64,000 nucleotides of DNA from a virus (taxonomy: Duplodnaviria > Caudoviricetes): the IMG/VR virus record IMGVR_UViG_3300048928_000482, positions 798-64,797 of that record; one strand, 5' to 3'. The translations under genes were made by a program, and so were the position numbers. Positions 55,501 to 64,000 of this stretch are shown here, piece after piece (position 1 is the stretch's first letter; every line of letters starts with the position of its first letter). Under the pieces are notes generated by a model. The model was not told the DNA's origin, ran no database searches, and was given only the letters and a program-made list of their open reading frames with translations.

Positions 55501-56723
55501 TCGGAGATCGTCACCTGGACCTGGCCGGTGGCGTTCGCCCCGGCGGGGTCCAGGACGAGGGAGTAGGTCTGTCCCGCGTGCAGCGTCGTCAGGTCCAGGT
55601 CCCCGCCAGAGGACGCGAACGTCCCCGACCCCACGACGTCGCCCGCGGGTGAGTACACGCGTGCCGCGAGGCTGCCGGAGAAGGTGGAGCTGACGAGCCC
55701 GATGTTCACCATTCCCGAGGCGGGCGCGTCGAACAGTGCGACCGACACCTTGCCTGGAACCTGCATGCTCACCGGCGTCGACACGGCGCCTGGCTCCAGG
55801 CGGATCAGCGAGTCCACGGACGCCGGATCGACCCCCGGCAGCGGGACGGCGAAGTCGGTCGGGCTCGACGCCGCGCCCGCAGGCGTCGCCACCTGCACCG
55901 GGCCGCTGCCCGCACGGTAGGGCACCACCGTCGTCAAGGACGTCGCGCTGGCGGCGACGACCTCGGCGCGGACCCCGCCGAACGACACCGCGTTCAAGGT
56001 GGCGTCGCTGCTGAACCCGGAGCCGGAGATCACCACCTGCGTCGTCGGGCTCCCGGAGGCCGGGGTCAGCCCGGTGATCACCGGCGGGGCAGCCGAGACC
56101 GTGAACTGCCCTGCAGTCAGCGAGGAGGCGCCGGACGACAGCACCACATCACCCGAGACGGCACCAGCAGGCACCTCGAGCGTCAACGCCGTCGGGGCGG
56201 CACTGGCGATGGCCGCGCTCGCGCCGCCCACCGTCGCCGCCGTGACCTGCTCCAGGCCGGTCCCATGGACGGTCAGCACATCACCGGGACGGCCTGCGAC
56301 CGGGACGATGGAGAAGGCGGCGAGCTCGCCGCCCGGACGCCTCTCGACGCTGGTGACGTTCCCGGCCCCGTCCAGGACGTAGCGCGCACTCTCCCCGTCG
56401 GCAGCGACGACCCCGACGAGCCTGCCGGCGGCGTCGTACACGTACTCGGCCGGACCGGCCACCGTCGAGAGCTCCGTCACCTCAGGTTCGACGTCCACAC
56501 CAGGGAGGTCCGCCGGATCGCCGGTCGGCTCGCCCGTGGGAACGACCTGCTCGGGGGCCGCCTCCTCTGCAGCCTCCGCAGAGCCCAGGCTCTCGGTCGG
56601 GGCAGGAGCCGGCTCGGTGGGATCTGGTGTCGGCAGCTCCCCGCTCGCTGATGCCGGGGGAGTCCCCACGAGGAGCAGTCCCGCAACGACGACAGCGACT
56701 ACCGAACGAGCGTTGCCCAACAT
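49575..56723 (-). CDS. Sec-exported Rhs/YD-repeat polymorphic toxin with ParB/Srx-like C-terminal domain
   Basis: Signal peptide, IPT/TIG and beta-sandwich repeats, DUF6531-like DPV..SG, YD repeats, GLMYYRARYYDP..GRFISRDP core, PTNYTDPSG cleavage motif, tip VRFSQ...GW.GDAIDVV.MPDG..SLDNTRLLAA. Confidence 0.93.
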   Translation of the reverse strand: MLGNARSVVAVVVAGLLLVGTPPASASGELPTPDPTEPAPAPTESLGSAEAAEEAAPEQVVPTGEPTGDPADLPGVDVEPEVTELSTVAGPAEYVYDAAGRLVGVVAADGESARYVLDGAGNVTSVERRPGGELAAFSIVPVAGRPGDVLTVHGTGLEQVTAATVGGASAAIASAAPTALTLEVPAGAVSGDVVLSSGASSLTAGQFTVSAAPPVITGLTPASGSPTTQVVISGSGFSSDATLNAVSFGGVRAEVVAASATSLTTVVPYRAGSGPVQVATPAGAASSPTDFAVPLPGVDPASVDSLIRLEPGAVSTPVSMQVPGKVSVALFDAPASGMVNIGLVSSTFSGSLAARVYSPAGDVVGSGTFASSGGDLDLTTLHAGQTYSLVLDPAGANATGQVQVTISEPLFAELTTDQDSFPAVFDRPGQDLRVVADLEPGWVSLGWSEIAMSGASKLTVLDPNGAMLQDNITIAATTADAHRFHATTAGRYTFVLDPGVNATGTVTLTVAEAVDGGTLSTTAAGSPVVISRPGQEARLVYPGQIGEDLTVAVSGNTVQANTTLVVTAPDGTEVARTTVSSGRDAVLRLPALAQQGDYSVVVSPRSAATGSMTLTLSAPVDIAVTPGQAAIPGATSRPGQVLRVSTPLPAGQGATFSLTGMSLGGSANARVLGPDGTPAADDRLLSASTVQRAIHARGLTSAGTYVLEIIPQAAAPITSSVRAVASQASTVVLDGPASTVSTSLPGEQLIVPVTVPAGAHVSLAVTSNTIASTSDISLLRPDGSVDTTSSVVSSKGAGDADAVDLTAGTYTFLVAPQLPVTGSTLVTLSTAASASPLGSAGTVMSIARAGQNVHSSFAADTGQRLRVSYSASTLAGAYLTVRRPDGSVHVNRRFLSGASGTYDLTALTQSGTYRAEIDAQTRTGSITLAITPVPGTTSAPAGPAGSAQAVSRTIAAPTSNAAPLEGGDASLASEPTWVPDEDNLAGVDWNTRGEPAPSFDPLLAPDGRTALSGRVLTVSGAPLAGVTVTIEDHQALTDDQGRFLLSDLEAGASTLEVDGRSADEPGAQYPVHQVLVDIEKSTTTVLPYTIWLTQLDTTHTVQLTYPTTSEVVLRTPDIPGLEVRLPAGSTVRDEHGDVVDELGITAVPIDRPPFPLPEDNEIVPVFFTVQPGGSYVFPEGAQVIYPNYTQLPPGTEVDFWDYDPEDRGWYVYGSGSVSADATQVVPDDDTRVWAFHGSMFNSRDLLPFDTTRLSDVVDWLSGDPVEVSSGHMVETKTDLALDDVMPIELTRSYWQGDGRERSFGQGWSSTYGMFLHSQNQYQEVDLYLPGGATVHYTRTSPGTGYYQSVFTAVDTPGPFQGSTVAFEGTGWTLETRDGTEYVFPMFGPLQVIRDRSGNEIHLTYSGGNRGALTQITSPSGRWIRLTSDSQGRVTGASDNAGRTVSYAYDAQGRLSSVTDPAGEVSSYTYDQDGRILTATDARGIEYLTNTYDTNGRVAHQELPEGITFDFDYTTGTDGRITATEVTDGAGAVHRYEFSTTGAVTKEIRASGTGLARTVTYERGASDEITAVVDPLGRRTEITRDTQGRPTNIVELAGTPEARSARTVTYGAFDLPTTITDAAGNTTTYGYDTAGRLTTVTDAENRTWTYTHNQAGQILTTTDPSGLVTTATYVAGDLVEAHDGTGASTHQFVDAAGRVVSTTNPLGVTTSVSYDALNQILASTDGNGTPTTFSYDENGNLLTLEDGRGNLTTWSYDDNDQAVSSTDPLGNTTTGAYDTAGRPVQQDTPAGRATTTTYDLLGRVVQVAFTTPQATSSNISYEYAGNGLVSKITDSASGVSTFTYDTYDHVQTATQPDGEIEYTYDTLGRVTSTTLDAGTPTQYTYDDTSLPITITQGAAVVTHGYDPAGRRTSTSLPGGWQQSYSLDATGQTTAISYTHGGVSAGDLTYTYDAAGHRTSVGGSFANIDLPQARASSSYDQANQLTAAGPDVFSYDPDGFLVEQTRAAQTSTLTWNARGELETITGTAATTADFDYDGFGRRSTKTVDSVTTELFSLGLNVTKETEGSNPSATLLSGGTDEWFSRTTGTTTTTYLTDALGSPLAIGGADGQLSTQYTYDPYGVRTQTGTTGGDSIGFTGREDDGTGLMYYRARYYDPTLGRFISRDPIGIGGGTNLYQYAAGAPTNYTDPSGNNPLIAGCLVGGLSEGAISYVTQRLSGRKVNWGWGGVGGSALAGCATGTLGGALTSRIATLNHMRGAANSIPASTVRFSQSSVNGADAIEASMRANGWMGDAIDVVRMPDGGLTSLDNTRLLAANRAGIDVRASIRGFDDTLPSSAAERFATTKGGVPSTWGDAVINRIGNQNRGYRTANPFGSWLTGWSGN

Positions 56724-56823
56724 CCAGCCCCCTGGGTGTGCGACCCCGCGGTCACTCCCCGGGGTACAGCCGGGACCTTAGGCCCACAGCAGACCACCAG
56801 AGAAGACCTATAAGCCGTTCAGG

Positions 56824-57924
56824 TCACTCACCCAGGACGTCCAGCCAATGCTCGGTCGCCCGATCGGGGGAAGGTGGCACGAAGTAGTAGCCGCCACCCG
56901 TCGTCAGCAGGTAACGATCCAGGTCCTGGCCTGCGAGCCGCCGTTGCACGCCCGCGAACCCGGCCCCCAGGTCGGCCTGGAACGACATGAACACGAGCCC
57001 GTCCTCGACTCCGCCGCTCGGCAGGTCCATCGAGTAGTTCCACGAACGCCGCAGCATCCGCGGCTCGAAGGACCCGTCCCGAGGGTTGGCTCGACGCACA
57101 TGGGACGCCAACGGGGTGATGACTCCTTCGGGGTCACCAGCGAAGTCGGGCTCCTCGAACGCCTCCGACCCATCGAGCCACCCCCCGTCGCGACGACGCC
57201 CGATGATGCGCTCCTGCTCGACCACGGGATCCGCGTCCCACAGCCGGGTAGCGAGCTGGATCACCCTCACCGCCATGAAGCTCCCGCCCGCCACCCAGCC
57301 CTGCTCGCCCGCTGAACCGATCAAGATCCCCTCGTCCGGATCCGCCGCCCGCGACATCTCCGCGTTGCCGTGCCCTTCGACGAACCCGAACCCGTTGCGC
57401 ATCAACGCACGCCCGGACGTAACCGTGTTCTCCGGCCGGGACACCGGTACCCGCCATCTCGTGACGAGCCCCTCCACCGACTCGAGTCCGTCCGCGACCC
57501 GCGCAGCCACCGCCGCGTCATCACTCCCGACCTGCACCAGGAGATCACCACCGGTGCGCTCGGCCCGCAGCACATCACCGGGAAAGCTCTCCATCACACT
57601 CAGGCCGCGAGGCGTCAGCCGCTCCTTGCCCAACCGCGCGAACAGGGATCCCCCCAGCGCGATCGTGACAGAAGCACCCGTCGGAGGATCGTCCACCAGA
57701 CGCACGAGCGTGCGCAGCGTCCCCAGAGCGTCCTGCGACTCGGCCAGGTCGAGCATGACCACCACGCCGAACGCCTCAGGAACCGTCAGCGCCGGGTGCG
57801 AGCTGCGCGCAACGTCACCTCGCCAGGGACACCCCGCCAGCACGAACGGCAGAGACAGCGCCGCGACCCCTGCCCCCACCAGAACCGCACGCCGACGAAC
57901 TCCGCGATCCCCCTGGTCCTGCAC
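56824..57924 (-). CDS. Dyp-type (EfeB-like) peroxidase with Tat/lipoprotein-like signal
   Basis: RRRAVL..LAGC, GGDLLVQ, RNGFGFVEG, GGSFMAVR, SHVRRANPR, MLRRSWNY, GGGYYFVPP. Confidence 0.85.
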   Translation of the reverse strand: MQDQGDRGVRRRAVLVGAGVAALSLPFVLAGCPWRGDVARSSHPALTVPEAFGVVVMLDLAESQDALGTLRTLVRLVDDPPTGASVTIALGGSLFARLGKERLTPRGLSVMESFPGDVLRAERTGGDLLVQVGSDDAAVAARVADGLESVEGLVTRWRVPVSRPENTVTSGRALMRNGFGFVEGHGNAEMSRAADPDEGILIGSAGEQGWVAGGSFMAVRVIQLATRLWDADPVVEQERIIGRRRDGGWLDGSEAFEEPDFAGDPEGVITPLASHVRRANPRDGSFEPRMLRRSWNYSMDLPSGGVEDGLVFMSFQADLGAGFAGVQRRLAGQDLDRYLLTTGGGYYFVPPSPDRATEHWLDVLGE

Positions 57925-58637
57925 CGCTCCCCCTGGATCTCCCGAATCGCGACTGCCCGTGCAGGAGAGGGTACGAGCGTCCGAGCCGAGAGCGCATGGA
58001 CCATATGGGGGTTCGGTCACGTCTCAACCGTGGGTCGGGCACGGCCGATCCGGTCAGCGCATCGCTCGTCGCAATCGGCGTGTGAACTCGTGGTCGCGCG
58101 GCTGTCGCTCACGCTGCGGTCGCTCCAGACAGCCCGTCGCTAGTTCGGGCTAATGGCGGTCAGCACGGTCCCGACCACGATGTACCGCAGCTTCCGGGGC
58201 CCGTGGGCAACGGTGCAGCGGACATCCGCCTGTCCGCGTCGCTTGGCGCGGCCAGCGAGGCTGTCCTCGCGCGTTACGTTCCCGCGCCGAGCGCGAGCGG
58301 AGCAGCCCACGACAAGGGTGACGTGCACGAGAACGACAACACCACCCCGTCCACGCGGACCGATGCGTCTCAGGCCCACCTCGTGCCAGCCCCCTTCGTC
58401 GTCTGTCGCACGGACCGCGGTGCGACAGGTCGAAGGCCTAGCCGGAGAAGCACCCGTTCGGCCCAGTGGGACGTCTCGGGACACAAGCGCCCAGATCAGG
58501 CATTCGTAGGCCGCGTCGCTGCTGGTGGCTCGTAGGTTCTCGGCGTAACGCCCGCAACGTGTCGGCGATTCGCGCTACCGTGCGGACGACGAAAGTCTCA
58601 CCCGATCAGGTGATCCGCGACGGCGAAGGGAACGCAC

Positions 58638-59702
58638 GTGGCCATCGACATGTCGCACGCGCCTGACACCACCACCCACGACCACACCAGCTCGGGCGCG
58701 GGACCCGCGCGAACGCGGGTGCGCCGGCGCGCGCTCCTCGCGGGTGCCATCGTGGTCGTCCTCGCGGCCGCCAGCCTGGTCAGTGCCCGAGTCGCCGCCG
58801 ATCGCGCCCATCAGGGTGCGCTCGGGGACTTCGAGCAGGCTGTGGCGGCCCTGACGGAGGCTCGTGGCGACCTCGCCGCGGTTGCGGGCGACGCGGGCGC
58901 CCTGGCCGGGCTGGGCGAAGAGGTGAGGGACCCGGCGACGGTCTCCGATCTGGTTGCGGCTCTGGACGACGTCGACGCGCTGGACGAGGTGCCCGGTGAG
59001 GGTCCGGACGTGCCGTGGCGGTCCTGGTCGACCGCCGAGCTGCGAGCCGGAGCGGTCGACCTGGACGCGGCACTTGCCCGAACCCGGACGGTGCACGAGG
59101 ACCTGGCCGCGGAGGTGGCCGCGGTCGAGGTGTCGCACCAGGGGTGGCTGGTCGAGCAGGCCGTCGCGGCCCTGGACGCCGCGCGGGCCGAGCTGGACGC
59201 CGCAATGAGCCACGGCGAGGACGTCCTGGCTGCATCGGAGGGCAAGGTCACCGACAACCAGGTCCGTGAACACCTGCGCGCGGCCCTCGACGACGCGATC
59301 AGCGCCCGGCAGGCCGCCGGCGAGGTCCCCGCCGAGGTCGCGCTGCTGAGCGCTGCGGCCGAGGCGCTGCGCTCGCATCTCGACCCCCTGGACGCTGCAC
59401 GGCACGGCGTCACCGACGCCCAGGCCGCCTGGGAGAGCGAGCAGGCCCGCCTTGCCGCCGAACAGGCCGCAGCCGCCGCGGCGGCAGCGCAGCGCGCCAC
59501 CGCCGCCCCCCGACCCGGGACCGGATCGACCAGCACAAGCGCCGGGAGCAGCGCCTCCCGCCCGCGCGCCGGGACGACGGGGAACCCACCCGCTACCAGC
59601 ACACCCGCGGCTCCTCAGCAGGACGACCGGAGCGCCGCTGAGATACTCGGAGGCAGCAACCGCATCTGCGGCGACGCATTCGGGAACAGCTGGGACTGCT
59701 GA
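58638..59702 (+). CDS. Membrane-anchored coiled-coil protein
   Basis: N-terminal TM, Ala-rich helices, SEGKVTDNQVR, C-terminal ICGDAFGNSWDC. Confidence 0.75.
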   Translation: MAIDMSHAPDTTTHDHTSSGAGPARTRVRRRALLAGAIVVVLAAASLVSARVAADRAHQGALGDFEQAVAALTEARGDLAAVAGDAGALAGLGEEVRDPATVSDLVAALDDVDALDEVPGEGPDVPWRSWSTAELRAGAVDLDAALARTRTVHEDLAAEVAAVEVSHQGWLVEQAVAALDAARAELDAAMSHGEDVLAASEGKVTDNQVREHLRAALDDAISARQAAGEVPAEVALLSAAAEALRSHLDPLDAARHGVTDAQAAWESEQARLAAEQAAAAAAAAQRATAAPRPGTGSTSTSAGSSASRPRAGTTGNPPATSTPAAPQQDDRSAAEILGGSNRICGDAFGNSWDC

Positions 59703-59856
59703 GTTCGGGTCCGCATCCAGCGCCCTCGGCCTTCGGGTCGGGGGCGCTGTCGTGTGCTGCCCCGATATCGGAGCAGTTGCCGGTCGGGCCCGGGTGTGGG
59801 TGAGGGGGCAGTGCCGTCGTGTGGCGGCGCGTCCCTGAGCGTGCGTGGAGGTTGCG

Positions 59857-62800
59857 ATGCGGGTGTGGTCGTGGTGGCCGGGTTGGAAGGCCCGAGCCGT
59901 GGGGTCGAGTTCTGGCGGGGGTGAACGCCCCGGTCGGTCGTCGCGACCGGGTCCGGGCAGGATGCGCCGAGTCGTGGCCGCCGGTGCAACGATCGCGCTG
60001 GCCGGTGGTCTGCTGCTGGCCGGGTCGGGGTCGGCGACGGCTGGCGACGGCGGCCGGGTGTCCGCGGGCGGGGCCATCGCGGGGGGCAGGGCCGCCGGCG
60101 ACGGGTGGCTGATCACCGGGGTCACGGCCTCGGGATCGGCGTTCCTGGGCCCGCTGCCCGACCCGACCGGCACCGGGGACTGGGTGTGGTGCATCAACTT
60201 CGGACTGGCCCTGCCCGCGGGCACGGTGTCCGTGGTGCGGGTCGAGGACGCGAACTCCTCGGCGATGGCCTGGCTGCTGGGGCGCCTGCAGCACGACCCG
60301 GCCTCGCTGGGTGTGGCCGACCGGGGCCTGTCGAACGCGGCGGGGTCCTACCTGGTGCACATGAACTACGAGGAGGGCAACAAGGCCGCGGTGTCCGCCG
60401 AGGCCCGCAAGGCCGCTCTGGCCGCAGCGGCCTGGCCCGCGCTGCGCGCCGAGGCCGACCGGTTGTGGGAGCTCGCTGTGGCGAGCGCGAACCCGTCGGC
60501 GCAGACCGAGGTGCAGACCTACGTGTCGAACCAGCGCACCGGGGTGATCTCGAACATCGGGATCCAGAACGGGCGTGGTGAGTGGATCGGCGGGATCGAC
60601 TTCACCTCCACCCTGACCGAGGGCGCGGTGTTCGACACCAACGGCAACGGCCAGGTCGACCCGGGCGAGTCCGGCACCTCCGCCGGAACCACGGGCAGTG
60701 AGCCGGTCAGCCTGAACTGGGTCGCCACCCCCGGCATCCACGACGTGAACTTCGATACGACGTACGCGACGACAAGGGCCGGTCTGGAAGTTCTGCGTGC
60801 AGGTGCGGGGGTTCAGGATGGCCTTCGCAAGGCTGGTGACGATCCGCAGGTGTTGGCGTCGGCGGGGGTGCGGTTCCGTGCGGTCGGCTCGTTCCAGCCG
60901 GTCGTGTCCACGCAGGTCGCGAACGCGGTGGTGGACGCCGGGGAGGCGGTCCCGGACCGGGTGACGTTCGCCGCGGCGCCAGGCGAGACGTGGATCCCGG
61001 GGACGCGGGTGTGCGCGGCGGGGACGTTCTACGCCCCGTTCGCCTCGGAGCAGCCGGCGGCGAACCTGGTGCCTGCGGGTGCGCCGGTCGCGGGTACGGC
61101 GACGGCGTGCGTCGACGGGCCGGGCACGGTGACCGCTGGCGGTGACGTCGTCGCGCAGGCTTCCGGGTTCGGGACGTGGGTGTGGACGATCACGAAGGCG
61201 GAGCAGGCGAACCCGGATCTGATCACCGGGGACTACTCCGACGGGTTCTTCACCCCCGGGGAGACCGCGACGGCGCGCCTGCGGATGGACCTGTCCTCGC
61301 AGGTCGCTGCGGCGACGCGGGTGATCTCCAAGGGGCAGTCGGTCGTGGACTCCTTCACGATCGCCCCGGCCGGAACGGGCGACCTGTGGCTGGCGCCCGA
61401 GGGCGACCCGCTGCGGGTGCCGATGGTCGCGGAGATCTCCGCGCCGGTGTCCGAGGCGGGGCTGGCGGTGGAGTCGGTGACGCAGCAGATCCGGTTCGTC
61501 GCGGACTCGTTCGGGACCTACACCACGGGCACCGAGGGGGTTCCGGCCTTCGAGTCGGTGACGGCTTCGGGGGTGTACTCGGTGCGGTTGAGCGTGGACA
61601 CCGCAGCGCTGGACGACCGGGCGCGGTACTGGCTCCAGGAGTCCTACCACGCGGCGACGGACGGCTGGTGGGCGCCCGAGGAGACGTTCACCGTGCGGAT
61701 GGCCCCGGTCATGGAGACGCAGGTCGCGCAGCGGGTCTTCGATCAGGAGTCCTGGGATGTGCCGGCGAGCTTCACCGTGGTCGACCAGGTGACCGCCGCC
61801 CTGCGTGACCCGGGCGACGTGTGGCTGACCGTCGATGGTGCCCCGGTGGAGATCGGCGCGGACAACTCGTTCTGGGGGATGTTCGACCAGCCGATGGCTC
61901 CGACGTCGCTCAGCGCGGCGCCGGCGGACAAGCTGATCGGCACCGAGCGGGTCGTGTTCACCGGCCCGGGCACCCTGGCCACCGGCGGGCAGACCCAGAC
62001 CACGGGTGTGGGGTTCGGGACGTGGACGACCGTCGTGCAGGCGGACCCGCTGTGGTTCGACGGGTACGAGTCGCGGTTCTTCGAGGAGTCCGAGACGGTC
62101 AGCGTGCGGCGGGCGATCAAGCACGACTCGATCGCCCGCGAGTACAGCGTGGACGCCGGAGACCGAGCCTTCGACCAGGTGACCCTGGCCAGGCTGTCGC
62201 CGACGTCGGGGCGGTTCGAGGGCCTGGGCGGCTGGGCCGGTGATGCGACCGAGGCGACGTTGAGCCTGTACGCCTACCCGCAGGAGCCCAGGACGGTCGA
62301 GGTCCCGGACGACGCGGTGCTGGTGTGGACGCGCCCGTACGCCGACCTGGTGTCGAACGGGGTCTGGCAGATCGGGTGGGGCGACTATGGCGACGGGGAC
62401 GCGGTGTACACCCCGGACCCGCTGGGCCCGGAGGGCACCTGGTACGTGTTCGTGTACGACCACCCCGGTGACGACCGGCACGCACCGTTCACGTCGGCGT
62501 TCAACGACGTGCGCGAGCGGATGTTCGACCGGACCGGGACCATCGCCCCGGAGGTCGTCACCCGCGCGCAGGTTCGCGCTGGCGTGGGGGAGTCGTTCAC
62601 GGACGAGGCGATCGTCATCAACGCACCGCAGGGTGCGTGGCTGACCTGGAAGGCCTACGGTCCGCAGGACGCCGGCTGGATGGGCCCGGACGGTCGGGAG
62701 GACACCGCGGACGACGTCCCGGTGTGCACCGAGGAGAACCTGATCCTGGACACCGCGGCGACCGGTGACATGGTGTTCGTGCACGGGAACGGGATCTACA

Positions 62801-63984
62801 CCTCGCCCGCCGCGGTCACCGCCGCGTCCGGGGACGTGCTGTGGGTGGAGACCCTGCACGGGCCGGGCGCAGACGGCGAGCCGGGAACGGCGGACGACCG
62901 GGTGCTCGCGCAGGGCAGGTGCGGTCAGGCCGGGGAGACCACCCGGGTCGTCGACGAACCGTGGGTGTCCACCCAGGCCGTGGTCACGCTCGACACCACC
63001 GGTGAGGTGACCTCGATCCCGGTCGCCGGTGACCGGGTGGCCGACCAGATCACCTACGGCGGCGACCACGCGGCCGGGTCGGTCACGGTCGTCGACGCGT
63101 ACTTCGCACCGGTCGGGCAGCCGCTGTCGTGCACGGCGGACCAGCACGTCGCAGCCTCGGCACCGGTCGAGCTCGACCTCGGTCTTCAGGCCGAGGAACG
63201 GGTCGCGACGACGGAGGCGTTCGTGACGATCCCGGCAGCTGGCACCCTCGGGCTGGTCGAGACCACCCGGGGGCCGGACGGCGAGGTCACGTCGACCGGT
63301 GCGTGCGGCGATCCGTCGGAGACGGTGCACGCCATTGCGGTCTCGACCACGATCGGGCACGAGGACACCAACGGTGACGGCTTCGCCGGCGCCGGCGACG
63401 AGCTCTGGGACGACATCCACCTGACCGGGACGCTGCCGGCCGGAGCCGAGGTCGCCCTGTCCTCGACGGTGTACGAGCTGACCTCGGACCAGGTCACCTG
63501 GGGCGGGGCGCCCATCAACACCGGAGTCGGGAACATCACCGTCGAGGCCGGGGTGTGCACGGCCGAAGCGGTGTTCACCGAGCTGGTCGTCGAGGAGGTC
63601 GTGACCGAGCCCGGCACGTACGCCACAGACCGGTTCACCATCCCCGACGCCGGGGAGCGGGTCGTGGGCGGTCTGACGATGCTCGAGACCGCGGTCGTGA
63701 CCGTCGGCGAGGACGCCCGCACGGTGACCGGCCAGTGCGGGGCACCGGAGGAGTCGATCGGTCCGGTCTACTTCGGGTCCGGTGGTGGCGAGGTCGTCAC
63801 CGCGTCCGACGGGAGCGGGGCCGTCGTCACCGCGCCCGACGGGGGAGTGCTCGCTGTGACCGGTGCCTCACGAGTCCTGCTGCTGGTGGGCATCGCGACC
63901 GCACTCACCGCCGCAGGAGTGTGGCTGGCCCACTGGTCGAAGCGCCGCAAGCACGCGAGGGAGAGCCCCGAACCCGCGGCCTGA
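59857..63984 (+). CDS. Large sortase-anchored surface protein (conjugation adhesin-like)
   Basis: Signal peptide, WCINFG (thioester-domain-like), repeated beta domains, C-terminal LAVTG + TM + KRRK. Confidence 0.88.
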   Translation: MRVWSWWPGWKARAVGSSSGGGERPGRSSRPGPGRMRRVVAAGATIALAGGLLLAGSGSATAGDGGRVSAGGAIAGGRAAGDGWLITGVTASGSAFLGPLPDPTGTGDWVWCINFGLALPAGTVSVVRVEDANSSAMAWLLGRLQHDPASLGVADRGLSNAAGSYLVHMNYEEGNKAAVSAEARKAALAAAAWPALRAEADRLWELAVASANPSAQTEVQTYVSNQRTGVISNIGIQNGRGEWIGGIDFTSTLTEGAVFDTNGNGQVDPGESGTSAGTTGSEPVSLNWVATPGIHDVNFDTTYATTRAGLEVLRAGAGVQDGLRKAGDDPQVLASAGVRFRAVGSFQPVVSTQVANAVVDAGEAVPDRVTFAAAPGETWIPGTRVCAAGTFYAPFASEQPAANLVPAGAPVAGTATACVDGPGTVTAGGDVVAQASGFGTWVWTITKAEQANPDLITGDYSDGFFTPGETATARLRMDLSSQVAAATRVISKGQSVVDSFTIAPAGTGDLWLAPEGDPLRVPMVAEISAPVSEAGLAVESVTQQIRFVADSFGTYTTGTEGVPAFESVTASGVYSVRLSVDTAALDDRARYWLQESYHAATDGWWAPEETFTVRMAPVMETQVAQRVFDQESWDVPASFTVVDQVTAALRDPGDVWLTVDGAPVEIGADNSFWGMFDQPMAPTSLSAAPADKLIGTERVVFTGPGTLATGGQTQTTGVGFGTWTTVVQADPLWFDGYESRFFEESETVSVRRAIKHDSIAREYSVDAGDRAFDQVTLARLSPTSGRFEGLGGWAGDATEATLSLYAYPQEPRTVEVPDDAVLVWTRPYADLVSNGVWQIGWGDYGDGDAVYTPDPLGPEGTWYVFVYDHPGDDRHAPFTSAFNDVRERMFDRTGTIAPEVVTRAQVRAGVGESFTDEAIVINAPQGAWLTWKAYGPQDAGWMGPDGREDTADDVPVCTEENLILDTAATGDMVFVHGNGIYTSPAAVTAASGDVLWVETLHGPGADGEPGTADDRVLAQGRCGQAGETTRVVDEPWVSTQAVVTLDTTGEVTSIPVAGDRVADQITYGGDHAAGSVTVVDAYFAPVGQPLSCTADQHVAASAPVELDLGLQAEERVATTEAFVTIPAAGTLGLVETTRGPDGEVTSTGACGDPSETVHAIAVSTTIGHEDTNGDGFAGAGDELWDDIHLTGTLPAGAEVALSSTVYELTSDQVTWGGAPINTGVGNITVEAGVCTAEAVFTELVVEEVVTEPGTYATDRFTIPDAGERVVGGLTMLETAVVTVGEDARTVTGQCGAPEESIGPVYFGSGGGEVVTASDGSGAVVTAPDGGVLAVTGASRVLLLVGIATALTAAGVWLAHWSKRRKHARESPEPAA

Positions 63985-64000
63985 CCAGCGCCCGTCCGCG

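Larger units (their letters stand above)
29406..64000. mobile_element. Integrative conjugative element (actinobacterial T4SS type); right end outside the window
   Basis: att core, repressor/Xis, Rep, peptidoglycan hydrolase, VirB6/B3/B4/D4-like genes and sortase-anchored adhesin. Confidence 0.85.

Noticed and set aside
58021-58637. 600-bp gap between the Dyp gene and the coiled-coil gene as an ncRNA or small gene
   Set aside because: Divergent intergenic region with only short hairpins and no convincing ORF or recognisable RNA motif; cannot be supported by eye.
59593-63420. 1275-aa minus-strand ORF
   Set aside because: Antisense shadow of the adhesin gene.

Overview
High-GC actinobacterial DNA (Cellulomonadaceae/Micrococcales-like by gene content; inference) made up entirely of two adjacent mobile elements that meet at the 3' half of a tRNA-Asn(GTT) at ~29.4 kb. 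Left (1-29.45 kb) is part of a temperate siphovirus prophage, mostly on the minus strand: head-tail connectors, capsid, scaffold, portal, terminases, HNH, many small early genes, DnaB, a replication initiator with internal iterons, RusA, WhiB, methyltransferases, RecE-like exonuclease, antirepressor, cro/repressor, two lipoproteins (one Ltp-type) and a tyrosine integrase. Right (29.4-64 kb, continuing beyond the window) is an actinobacterial T4SS-type integrative conjugative element: a repressor whose 3' end runs through the tRNA att core, Xis-like HTH, WhiB, SpdA-like protein, Rep, M15 peptidase, pilin-like proteins, VirB6/VirB3/VirB4, a split VirD4 and a LAXTG adhesin. The most interesting cargo is a Sec-exported 2382-aa Rhs toxin with a ParB/Srx-like tip, translationally coupled to a SUKH-like immunity gene and then to an intact RNA 2'-phosphotransferase (Tpt1/KptA), suggesting a toxin/repair module acting on RNA phosphates. 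Other notable signals: a likely integration-dependent repressor switch, four GCGAU-loop hairpins in front of late genes, a domain inserted inside the major capsid protein, and a PnuC-like gene inside the head-tail module. All annotations come from motif recognition by eye; no database searches were run.
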